A stretch of DNA of 64,000 nt from contig CAVZZY010000002.1 in assembly GCA_963779995.1 (NCBI GenBank), forward strand, positions 278,835 to 342,834, in the 5' to 3' direction. The notes below the pieces were generated by a model. That model did no database searches and had not been told where the DNA came from. It saw only the letters and a program-made list of their open reading frames with translations. Of this stretch, positions 56,041-64,000 are shown one piece after another. Made by a program: the position numbers and the translations under genes. The DNA is from an uncultured Acidobacteriaceae bacterium (GTDB lineage: Bacteria; Acidobacteriota; Terriglobia; Terriglobales; Acidobacteriaceae). How positions within the stretch are numbered: the first letter of the stretch is position 1; the number at the start of each line of letters is the position of its first letter.

Positions 56041-57552
56041 CTACCCCTTAGCCGTGATCGTCTCCAGCCCGTGCCCATGGGGACCAAGCTCTCGCTGCCG
56101 CAACAGGAAAGCAAATAACACTCCCAGGAATCCCAGAATCGAAAAGATCCACATCCCCATCCGGTATCCCGCTGGATTTTCCGCGCTCGCCTGGCCGTGG
56201 TCGTTTGCCCACCCTATCAATAAGTTAAACCCTGCCAGCCCGATGTTCTGGATCATCGTCATCAGCCCATAGGCTGTCCCCAGCTTGGCTTGGTCGACGA
56301 TGTAGGCGACGGAAGGCCACATCACCGCCGGAATCAGAGAAAAGGCTATCCCCATCATCGACATGGTCAACAGAAGGATGGGCGGGAGATGGTGCGCTAC
56401 GAACGCGAAGTGCCCATCGGATGACGTGGAAGGGAAGTAGACCGTGACGTAGCTGGAAGAGTGAAGGTAGGCCATCATCAGATAAACGGGAATCAACAGC
56501 ACGGAACCAATCATCATCAGGAGCGCGCGCTTACCGATCCTGTCGGCAAATTTCCCAAAGAACGGTGTTCCAAACATCGTGAAAATAGTCAACATCCCCA
56601 CCAGATCCCCGCCCGCTTCCCGAGTCGTGTGGTGCACATCCATAAAGAACTTGTAAGCGAAGGTCTCGAAAGGGAAGATTGCCGAATAGAAGACAATGCA
56701 AAGCGCGACGATATACCAGTAGGAAAGCCCAAACGACGTAAGATCACGGAAAACCACCTTATCGGTTGATCCGGCTGAACCAACCTGGTAGCGCTTCTCG
56801 GCATGGACCTCCATGCCCCAGTAGAACAGAGCGCCGGTGACACAAAAAGTCGCGAATACAAGCGAGATCAGCAACGGTCCGCGCCACTGGCTATACGCGA
56901 AACCGGCCCAGGAGGGAGACCATTGCGCCAACAATGAGCCCGCGCGAGACATCATAAGGTTGATGCCGAATGCGAAGCTCAGTTCTTTGCCGCGGAACCA
57001 TTTGGCTATGCCCGTAGTGACGGCCACGATCAGGGATTCGGCGCCCATCCCAAACACCAAGCGCCCGGCCGACATGCCCGCTACCATGGCTCCTCTTGCC
57101 GTCTGAATCTTTTCGACAGACGCCAGGTCCCGCACGAATTCGATTCGGGAAAGCAAGGGAACGTGGCCCAACAATCGGACGATCGGGACAGCCAGGTTTA
57201 CTAACCCGACGACTCCGGTTCGCATCCACGGATTATCGGGGTAAGCGGTTATCACCGCCCCCACCAGGCAGATGGTTCCAAAGATTAAAATCGCCTTGCG
57301 CGCCCCGATTCGGTCCACGATGTAACCGCCGATCAACACCATGAAAACATTCGGAATGCTGTAGATCGCTTGCAGCAGCCCTATGTTCGAATCGGAAAAC
57401 CCGAGCTGTTTCGAGAGCAGGTCTGCGATGGGTGCGATGCAGTCATAGACGTAGTAGTTCCCAAACATAGCGAGGCTGACAACGATCAGCACCATCCAGC
57501 GGTAGCGGCGGGACGGTTCAGTACGTGCAAGCTCAGGCATGAAGACACTCAC
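56041..57552 (-). CDS. MFS transporter
   Basis: 503 aa with about 12 TM helices and the loop motif GGYIVDRIGARK (MFS motif A). An alternative ATG start lies at 57540. Confidence 0.9.
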   Translation of the reverse strand: MSVFMPELARTEPSRRYRWMVLIVVSLAMFGNYYVYDCIAPIADLLSKQLGFSDSNIGLLQAIYSIPNVFMVLIGGYIVDRIGARKAILIFGTICLVGAVITAYPDNPWMRTGVVGLVNLAVPIVRLLGHVPLLSRIEFVRDLASVEKIQTARGAMVAGMSAGRLVFGMGAESLIVAVTTGIAKWFRGKELSFAFGINLMMSRAGSLLAQWSPSWAGFAYSQWRGPLLISLVFATFCVTGALFYWGMEVHAEKRYQVGSAGSTDKVVFRDLTSFGLSYWYIVALCIVFYSAIFPFETFAYKFFMDVHHTTREAGGDLVGMLTIFTMFGTPFFGKFADRIGKRALLMMIGSVLLIPVYLMMAYLHSSSYVTVYFPSTSSDGHFAFVAHHLPPILLLTMSMMGIAFSLIPAVMWPSVAYIVDQAKLGTAYGLMTMIQNIGLAGFNLLIGWANDHGQASAENPAGYRMGMWIFSILGFLGVLFAFLLRQRELGPHGHGLETITAKG

Positions 57553-57706
57553 CCCCCGGCGCGCAGTGGCGCCTACCCTTTCATTAGTACAAGAAGAGCG
57601 ACCGCAAGAAGATAGCAGATTGGATCCGAGAATGTCCGGTTTTCGCCGCGAGAGGGTTATTCACCGCAAGCAACAACGGCTCTCGATCGCAGCGAGACGC
57701 CGCGAC

Positions 57707-57758
57707 CAAGAGCCGAGAACTAAGAGCCGAAAACTGAAAAGCTGAGAGCTGAGACCTG
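57707..57758. repeat. 7/14-nt-periodic spacer ending in GAGAGCT units
   Basis: AAGAGCCGAGAACT AAGAGCCGAAAACT GAAAAGCTGAGAGCT GAGAC read directly from the sequence. Confidence 0.7.
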
Positions 57759-57763
57759 CCCTC

Positions 57764-58393
57764 CTACATCTTCTCCGTCTTGTCGTCGTACTTCACGGTG
57801 CCGTTCTTGTCGTTCTGGCGCGTGACGTCGCCGTTGTTATAGACGCGAGCAGCTTTCTTGAAGCCCTTCACGACGCTCGTCGCATCGGTGGTGTGCTCCC
57901 GTCCAGTGAAGAAGGTCCAGTCGCCGCGCGCCTCTTCGCGTGCGCCATGGCCTTCAGGCAAACCTTCCCTGTGCATACGGCCTTCCCGCGGACGCTCTTC
58001 TCGTGGACGTTCTTCGCGCATCGCCTCGTGCATCGGCTCGTGTCTCGGATGACCTTCACGTCCAATTGTCTCCGGCCACAGATGGACCTCCGGCGCCATC
58101 AGAGGAGCGCCGCCCTGGTACCACACGGCCACGGAATAAACTGAGCTGGTCTCTCCCCCGAGTTGCGAAAGCGTTGAGTTGGTTGCGCCGGCGATCAATC
58201 CCGTGGTGGCGTTGCTCGCTCCGACCGGGTTCGGCGAAAACTGCTGCAGGGAAGCCTCTGGTGTAGTCAGAAGCGGGATAAACGGCCCGCATCCATAAAC
58301 GTCGCATGGGCCGTAACCTGGGCGAAAGGGCAGCTGCCCAAAAGCCGCTACTGCCATCAAAACTACCGCCGTCAGAATCAAATAGGGTCGCAT
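57764..58393 (-). CDS. Secreted hypothetical protein with an Arg/Glu-rich repeat
   Basis: Signal peptide MRPYLILTAVVLMAVAAFG. Internal REERPREERPREGRMHREG. No recognised motif. Confidence 0.55.
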   Translation of the reverse strand: MRPYLILTAVVLMAVAAFGQLPFRPGYGPCDVYGCGPFIPLLTTPEASLQQFSPNPVGASNATTGLIAGATNSTLSQLGGETSSVYSVAVWYQGGAPLMAPEVHLWPETIGREGHPRHEPMHEAMREERPREERPREGRMHREGLPEGHGAREEARGDWTFFTGREHTTDATSVVKGFKKAARVYNNGDVTRQNDKNGTVKYDDKTEKM

Positions 58394-58677
58394 ACTGCCT
58401 CCACAAGGGACTAACACATCCACGGTTTGGATGCAGTTTGCTGGCCAGTCCCCGCTACGATAAAGATAGGCAGGATATTAGGAGATTCAAGGCGCCCTCG
58501 GCCAAACAACTGAAATTCACGCGAGGCCCGCTCGCAGCGCTAGTGAAAACAGGTGCGCATAACCTGCAATCGATTGGCGCAGCCTTCGGTGGAGCGCCGG
58601 GCGTCCCCGCCCGGCTGGGTCATCCGGGAGACAAGAGAGAACACGCGTCATTCCATCAGTTTCTTAGCTACCAGTTT

Positions 58678-59715
58678 CTAACTACCAATGAATCGCGCAT
58701 AAAGGCTGCGCGCAACAGCCGTGTCCGTCGTGCCCTTGATGATCGCCCGGCCGTCCGGAAACAGCGTCATTTCGTACGGCTCGCGCCAGAACTTCAGCAC
58801 AAATTCATTGTGGCGGACATTGCCGTGAGGCTGAAGGCGGATGCTCAGCTCTACAAAGTCCACCGGGCGCTGCCGTTCATGGATCTGCACCGAATTCCTG
58901 CCGCACAAAGTGATGTGAGGCCGCCCTTCACCCGCCAGATGAACAAAGTCGCGCATGCAGGCGCGGCATCCCGCCCGAGGTTGAATCGCCGCCAACTCCG
59001 CCCGTTCGTTCGTCCACACATCCCAGGAAACGAGTGTCCGCCGCATTTTCGAACGCGCGCCCACCAGAAACTTCAGCGCCTCTGTAGCCGCAATCGACGA
59101 CACCAGGTTCACGGCAGAATTCAAAATGCCGGCAGTCTCACAAGTCTCCACCGTCCCACGAGGAGATTCCGGAAAAATGCAGGCCAGGCATGCCGTTTCG
59201 CCGGGCAGGATGTTCATGGTCACGGCATAGCTCGCGACCGCTGCCGAGTAAATCCAGGCCACGGAGTTTTTCACCGCATAGTCGTTGATCAGGTAGCGAG
59301 TTTCGAAATTGTCGGTACCGTCCAAAATCAGGTCCGAGCCGCCGAGCAGGGAATCGACATTCGCCGGAATCAGGTCGGCAACCCGAGGCTCGACGACAAT
59401 CTGCGAGTTGAAGCGCGCGATTTGCCGCGCCGCCGCGATCGCCTTGGGCACAGATTCGCGCGCGTCTTCCTCATCAAACAAAGCCTGCCGCTGCAGATTG
59501 CTGGCCTCGACATAGTCACGGTCGAGAATCCGCAGCGTCCCGATGCCCGAACGCGCCAGCAACGAGGCCAGGGCAGAACCGGTGGCGCCGCATCCCACGA
59601 TGACCACGCTCGACTGCGCCAGCTTTTTCTGCCCCTCCGCTCCGATCTCCTTAAACAATACCTGCCGCGAGTATCGCTCGTGGTTCTCCGGAGCGTTGAT
59701 TTGCAATGCGTCCAT
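58678..59715 (-). CDS. ThiF/MoeB-type E1-like adenylyltransferase (Bacillus ThiF-like architecture)
   Basis: RYSRQVLF...VVIVGCGATGSALA...DRDYVEASNLQRQ...CLAC...CRAC, and the C-terminal LCGRNSVQI...DGRAIIKGTTD, matching my recollection of B. subtilis ThiF. Confidence 0.85.
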   Translation of the reverse strand: MDALQINAPENHERYSRQVLFKEIGAEGQKKLAQSSVVIVGCGATGSALASLLARSGIGTLRILDRDYVEASNLQRQALFDEEDARESVPKAIAAARQIARFNSQIVVEPRVADLIPANVDSLLGGSDLILDGTDNFETRYLINDYAVKNSVAWIYSAAVASYAVTMNILPGETACLACIFPESPRGTVETCETAGILNSAVNLVSSIAATEALKFLVGARSKMRRTLVSWDVWTNERAELAAIQPRAGCRACMRDFVHLAGEGRPHITLCGRNSVQIHERQRPVDFVELSIRLQPHGNVRHNEFVLKFWREPYEMTLFPDGRAIIKGTTDTAVARSLYARFIGS

Positions 59716-59846
59716 TTCCAAAGCAATAACCTCTGCGATTACCTTTCCCAACCCTGCAAACCAGTATTATAGGTGCGCCGGTCGTCAAACTTTGTTCTTG
59801 CGAGCAACGTGTGCCGTTTCGCGATTCATCGAACCCGAAGGGTTTC

Positions 59847-62800
59847 ATGGTTGACCAGTCTGAATTGCGGGATTGCCGGCTCGTACGGGAAAGGGTACCC
59901 TCGCCCCTTAACTCTGGATTCGCGATAAGCGCCGCCGCCCGGTTTGTGCTCGTACTTTTGTTGATTCTGGCGCACGGAGCAGGCTGGGCGCAGGGTTCGA
60001 CTCCAATCCAGCAGCAACCCGCCGAACCGCCCGCGCAGCTCGAAGCAAATTTCGGATCCATCACGCCCTATCTCGGCTTAACGCTTGATCAGCTCGAGTT
60101 GCCCGGCGTTCCGCCCGAAGACGCGCCTGCGCTGCTGGCGGCCACACCGCTCAAGGTCGGGGAACCGCTCACGCGCGATGCGCTGCACGACGCGATGCAG
60201 GCTCTTTTTGCCACCGGCCGCTTCTCCGATATTCAGGCCGAAGCGGATCGCACCGACACCGGCGGCGTCCGGCTGCGCTTTCTGACGGCCGCCAATTTTT
60301 TCGTGGGCATGGTGGTGATCCGCGGAGTCTCCACCAATCCGTCCGCCAACCAACTGGCAAGCGCCACCCGCCTGCAGCTCGGCGAACTTTACGCACATGA
60401 GAAGGTCGACCGCGCTCTCGAAGGCATCCAACGAGTGATGGAGGAAAACGGCTTCCACCAGTCGAAAGTGACACCCTCGGAACAGCGCGACGAACAGCAG
60501 CACCAGGTCAACCTGACCTTCCATGTCGTCCCCGGACCGCGTGCCATGGTCGGGGAGATCACGCTGGAAGGCGACGCCGGCTATTCCGTCGAAGAGATTA
60601 AGGATATCGCCAAGCTGCATTCCGGCGATCGCGCCGCCTCGAGCCGCATCACGCGTGCTCTGCAGCGAATTCGCCGTCGCTATCAGAAGCAGAAACGGCT
60701 GCTCGCCCAGGTCTCGGTGGCCAGCCGCACCTACCAGTCCAAGCACAACACGGTGGACTACGTCTTCAAAGTGGACCGCGGCCCGGTGGTGGAAATTGCT
60801 GCCGAGGGTTTCAAGCTCAGCCAGCGCATCCTGCACCGGCTGGTGCCAATCTATGAAGAAGGCGCGGTCGATGATGATCTGCTCAACGAAGGCCGGCGCA
60901 ACATTCAGAACCATCTTCAGACTCTTGGTTACTTCGACGCCACCGTTAGCGTGAGCCAGCACAACACTGAGGGCGGCAGGAATTTGCAGGTGGTTTACGC
61001 CGTCAATCCCGGCGACCGCCACAAACTCGCTACCATTCGCATCTCTGGCAATCGGTTTTTTTCCGACGATCAGATTCGCTCGCGCATGCAAGACCAATCC
61101 GCCGGACGCCTGTTCAGTCACGGACGCTATAGCGAAGTGCTGCTCGAAGAGGATGTGCGGGGTATCGAGAGTCTCTATCGCGCCAGTGGCTTCCGGCAGG
61201 CCGAAGTCACCAGCAAACTGCTCGCCAAGTATCAGGGTGAGCCATCGCAGCTGGCCATCGAAATCATCGTCAAAGAGGGTCCGCAGACGCGCGTGGCGTG
61301 GGTCCGCATCGAGGGCACTTATACGCTGCCGCAGGAACAGCTTCCCGAAATTCAGACCGAGGAGGGACAAGCCTTTGACGAGTCGAGTCTGTCCGATGAC
61401 CGCGACACGATGCTGGGAAAGTATTTCGACAATGGTTTTCCCAATGCCACGGTTGACGTTGCCTATGTTTCTGTTCCGTCGCCTGACAACTTGCCGCGCG
61501 TTGGCGTGACCTTCTCAATTCATGAGGGCGAACAATTTTTTGTCAATCGAGTCTTTGTCGACGGGTTGCGCCACACCCGACCCGGAGTCGCCCGCCGGGC
61601 AATCCGGGTGCAACCGGGCGGTCCCCTGAGCCAGAAAGAGATGCTGGAGAGTCAGCGCCGCCTCTACGATCTCGGCCTGTTCAAGCAGGTGGACACAGCC
61701 ATCCAGAACCCGGACGGCACCGAGTCGCGGAAGAACGTGCTCGTCACTGCGAGCGAGGCCGAACGCTACACCTTCGATTACGGCGGCGGTTTCGAGTTCC
61801 AGACTGGAGAACCAACCTACGGAGTCAACCAACCACTCGGGCAGACCGGCGTCAGCCCCATGGTGTCGGCTGGTGTCAGCCGTATCAATGTGGGCGGTCG
61901 CCATCAGACCCTCAACCTGAAGGGTGCCCTAGGCCGCCTGCAGCAGAAAGCCCTCGTCAGTTACGACATCCCCAGCCTCCTGAACCTGGACAACTTTCGT
62001 TTCACTGCCACTGCGTTTTACGACAACACCGTAGACGTCTCCACCTTTACCTCGAAACGCCTGGAGGGCAATCTGCAAGTCTTGCAAGTGCTCTACAAAA
62101 TGCAGGACCGTGAACTGACGACCTTCACCTACCGCTTCAGTTACCGCCGCGTGGAGGCCAGCAACATTCAGGTCAGCAGCATCCTCATCCCGCTTCTTTC
62201 ACAGCCAACCCAGGTAGGAATGCCCAATTTCCTCTACATTCGCAATCGGCGCGATAACGATTTGGAAAGCACGCGCGGCAGCTACACCACTGTCGAAGGT
62301 GGAGTAGCCTCCAGTACTTTCGGCTCCGCGGCCGACTTCAGCCGGTTGCTGGTTAAGAACTCTACCTATTACACGTTTTTTCGCAATCGCAGCACCGGAA
62401 AAGGATTCGTCCTCGCCCGTTCCACCAGCGTCGGGGTCGAGAACTGTTTCGGGAGCACGGTTTTAGTGGATCCGGCACAAACCCCGGCACCCGGCGAAAC
62501 TCTTATTCCTCTCCCGGAGCGCTTTTACAGCGGCGGGGGTAACTCCAATCGCGGATTTGGGTTAAATCAGGCGGGACCGCGCGACCCCTTCACCGGATTT
62601 CCCGTCGGGGGCAGCGCGGTGTTCCTCAACAACCTGGAGATGCGTTTTCCAAATGTCAGGCTGCCTTATCTTCACGACAACATCGGCTTTACGCTTTTCG
62701 AGGACATGGGCAATGTTTTCGCGCGGCCACAGGAGATGCTCTCCAGCCTGCCGCGTTTTCACCAGCCAGGCGAGGACTTCTGTTTTCATGAGCAAACGCA

Positions 62801-63029
62801 CAACCTGTGCAACTACAACTATGCTTCTCACGCCGTCGGCTTAGGTCTGGGCTATCAGACGCCGATCGGCCCATTGACCTTTGATTTCGGATACAATTTA
62901 AATCCGCCCTACTTTCCCAGCTACTACAACATCGTGACGAATGTGGCGAATGGGCAGCAAACGGGGCAGTTTGGGTACCAACGCGCCGGGCATTTCAATT
63001 TCTCGTTCAGCATAGGGCAGTCTTTCTGA
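59847..63029 (+). CDS. bamA: Omp85-family outer-membrane protein assembly factor (BamA-like): POTRA repeats plus a surface-antigen barrel
   Basis: N-terminal POTRA units, a C-terminal barrel with the GGGNSNRGF motif, and a terminal ...FNFSFSIGQSF aromatic residue. An alternative GTG start lies at 59811. Confidence 0.88.
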   Translation: MVDQSELRDCRLVRERVPSPLNSGFAISAAARFVLVLLLILAHGAGWAQGSTPIQQQPAEPPAQLEANFGSITPYLGLTLDQLELPGVPPEDAPALLAATPLKVGEPLTRDALHDAMQALFATGRFSDIQAEADRTDTGGVRLRFLTAANFFVGMVVIRGVSTNPSANQLASATRLQLGELYAHEKVDRALEGIQRVMEENGFHQSKVTPSEQRDEQQHQVNLTFHVVPGPRAMVGEITLEGDAGYSVEEIKDIAKLHSGDRAASSRITRALQRIRRRYQKQKRLLAQVSVASRTYQSKHNTVDYVFKVDRGPVVEIAAEGFKLSQRILHRLVPIYEEGAVDDDLLNEGRRNIQNHLQTLGYFDATVSVSQHNTEGGRNLQVVYAVNPGDRHKLATIRISGNRFFSDDQIRSRMQDQSAGRLFSHGRYSEVLLEEDVRGIESLYRASGFRQAEVTSKLLAKYQGEPSQLAIEIIVKEGPQTRVAWVRIEGTYTLPQEQLPEIQTEEGQAFDESSLSDDRDTMLGKYFDNGFPNATVDVAYVSVPSPDNLPRVGVTFSIHEGEQFFVNRVFVDGLRHTRPGVARRAIRVQPGGPLSQKEMLESQRRLYDLGLFKQVDTAIQNPDGTESRKNVLVTASEAERYTFDYGGGFEFQTGEPTYGVNQPLGQTGVSPMVSAGVSRINVGGRHQTLNLKGALGRLQQKALVSYDIPSLLNLDNFRFTATAFYDNTVDVSTFTSKRLEGNLQVLQVLYKMQDRELTTFTYRFSYRRVEASNIQVSSILIPLLSQPTQVGMPNFLYIRNRRDNDLESTRGSYTTVEGGVASSTFGSAADFSRLLVKNSTYYTFFRNRSTGKGFVLARSTSVGVENCFGSTVLVDPAQTPAPGETLIPLPERFYSGGGNSNRGFGLNQAGPRDPFTGFPVGGSAVFLNNLEMRFPNVRLPYLHDNIGFTLFEDMGNVFARPQEMLSSLPRFHQPGEDFCFHEQTHNLCNYNYASHAVGLGLGYQTPIGPLTFDFGYNLNPPYFPSYYNIVTNVANGQQTGQFGYQRAGHFNFSFSIGQSF

Positions 63030-63802
63030 TGAAACTCCGGCTGGTCAAACTCGAACCCTGGTGGAGCGACGGGCGTCCTCGCCCCTCAACCCTGAGCGAG
63101 GAGCACGCTTCTCCGCCAGCAGGCATCAAACTAGCAAAACATTGCGCGCTGGCGCTAGCGCTGAGCATGGCGCTCACGATCTCAGCCGCCGGCGGTCAGA
63201 TCGTGGATCGTGTGGTCACCAACGTAAACGGCCACGTGGTTTTGCAGAGCGATTGGGAGCAGGAAGTGGCTTTCGAGGCCCTTGCAAACGGCCGCGATCC
63301 GGACGCGTTCACCGCGGCCGAGCGCAAAGCGGCTCTTGATCGCCTCATCGATCAGGAACTGCTGCGGGAACAAGTGCGGCCGTCTCAACCCGCTTCCGCC
63401 GAGCAGGTCACTGCCCGCGTAGCCGAAGTACGCAAACTCAATCCGGATTGCGCTACCGACGGGGGATGGCATGCCAAGCTGCAGCATTATGGGCTGACCC
63501 AAAGCGCGCTCGAAAAACGTCTGGGCGACGAAATCCAACTCATGAGGCTCGTGGAAGACCGTCTGCGGCCTTCGATCCAGATCGACCGGCAAGCGGTGGA
63601 GACCTACTACCACGATCAGTTGCTGCCGGAGATGCAAAAGGCTGGCAAGGGCGCTGCCCCGTTGCCCGAAGTCTTTGGCCGAATTAAGGATTTGTTGGCT
63701 GAGAAAAAAATGAATGAATTACTCTCCGGGTGGTTGGCGAGTCTGCGCTCTGGGAGCCACATCCTGACTCCTGAGTCCAGTGCCGGAGAGCGGAACCGTT
63801 GA
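63029..63802 (+). CDS. SurA N-terminal-domain periplasmic chaperone-like protein
   Basis: VDRVVTNVNGHVVLQSDWEQE...ALDRLIDQELLREQ is typical of the SurA_N domain. The ATG overlaps the bamA TGA (TGATG). Confidence 0.7.
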   Translation: MKLRLVKLEPWWSDGRPRPSTLSEEHASPPAGIKLAKHCALALALSMALTISAAGGQIVDRVVTNVNGHVVLQSDWEQEVAFEALANGRDPDAFTAAERKAALDRLIDQELLREQVRPSQPASAEQVTARVAEVRKLNPDCATDGGWHAKLQHYGLTQSALEKRLGDEIQLMRLVEDRLRPSIQIDRQAVETYYHDQLLPEMQKAGKGAAPLPEVFGRIKDLLAEKKMNELLSGWLASLRSGSHILTPESSAGERNR

Positions 63803-64000
63803 ACGAACCCCCGACCGAACCCCCGACCGAACTCTCCGCCGAGCCTGTTCCTCCCGAGCGCCGGCGCATCCTGTGGAAACTCCTTCTGGCGTTCTGCGTT
63901 TTCAGTCTGGCCGGATTCGGTCTGCTCGCCTGGTACGTCACCACCGATTCTTTTCAGCTGAGGGTTCGCCGTCGAGTGATCGCGTCGGCGGAGAAACTCA
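63799..64000 (+). CDS. tamB: N-terminus of a TamB/AsmA-like translocation-and-assembly protein (partial, runs off the window)
   Basis: TTG at 63799 overlaps the previous stop. The sequence is Pro/Glu-rich, then a single TM anchor ILWKLLLAFCVFSLAGFGLLAWYV and FQLRVRRRV. The position after an Omp85 gene fits TamB. Confidence 0.45.
   Translation, partial: MNEPPTEPPTELSAEPVPPERRRILWKLLLAFCVFSLAGFGLLAWYVTTDSFQLRVRRRVIASAEKL

Noticed and set aside
59716-59846. TPP riboswitch associated with the ThiF-like gene
   Set aside because: The divergent spacer is about 130 nt or less and has no CTGAGA/ACCTGA-type THI-box core.

Overview
GC-rich 64-kb chromosomal segment. Gene content (ECF sigma/anti-sigma pair, PEP-CTERM protein, beta-propeller/phosphoesterase fusion, very long Omp85, POTRA-only protein) and the intergenic repeat families suggest an Acidobacteriota-like organism. 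This is inference: no search was run, and all protein calls rest on motifs read by eye in the supplied translations. I count about 55 protein-coding genes, mostly housekeeping: mutL, cmk, mdh-icd, sdhCAB, asd-lysC-dapB-dapA-dapD, RNase J, aroK, a thiF/moeB-like gene, and Omp85(BamA)-SurA-like-TamB. Accessory content is small: a mazEF module, an AT-richer orphan secreted protein, and a REC-PilZ-PilZ gene. I recognised no rRNA, tRNA, CRISPR, transposase, integrase or phage genes. Main oddities: (1) Five conserved genes are broken by seven frame disruptions that all equal a net +1 nt. There is also one in-frame TGA and one gene without a canonical start codon. This looks more like systematic sequence error than natural decay. 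(2) Almost every intergenic spacer holds structured repeats. These include a perfect (GAGAGCT)x12 array at the mutL stop, other 7-nt-periodic hairpins, and at least four REP-like palindrome families. (3) An ORF-free, hairpin-rich stretch of about 0.75 kb follows a 47-codon stub where an ABC permease would be expected. (4) DapA carries a Cys-rich C-terminal extra domain. (5) A LysR gene is translationally coupled to a barrel-less POTRA protein. I found no convincing multi-gene novel system, so the candidates below carry modest scores.
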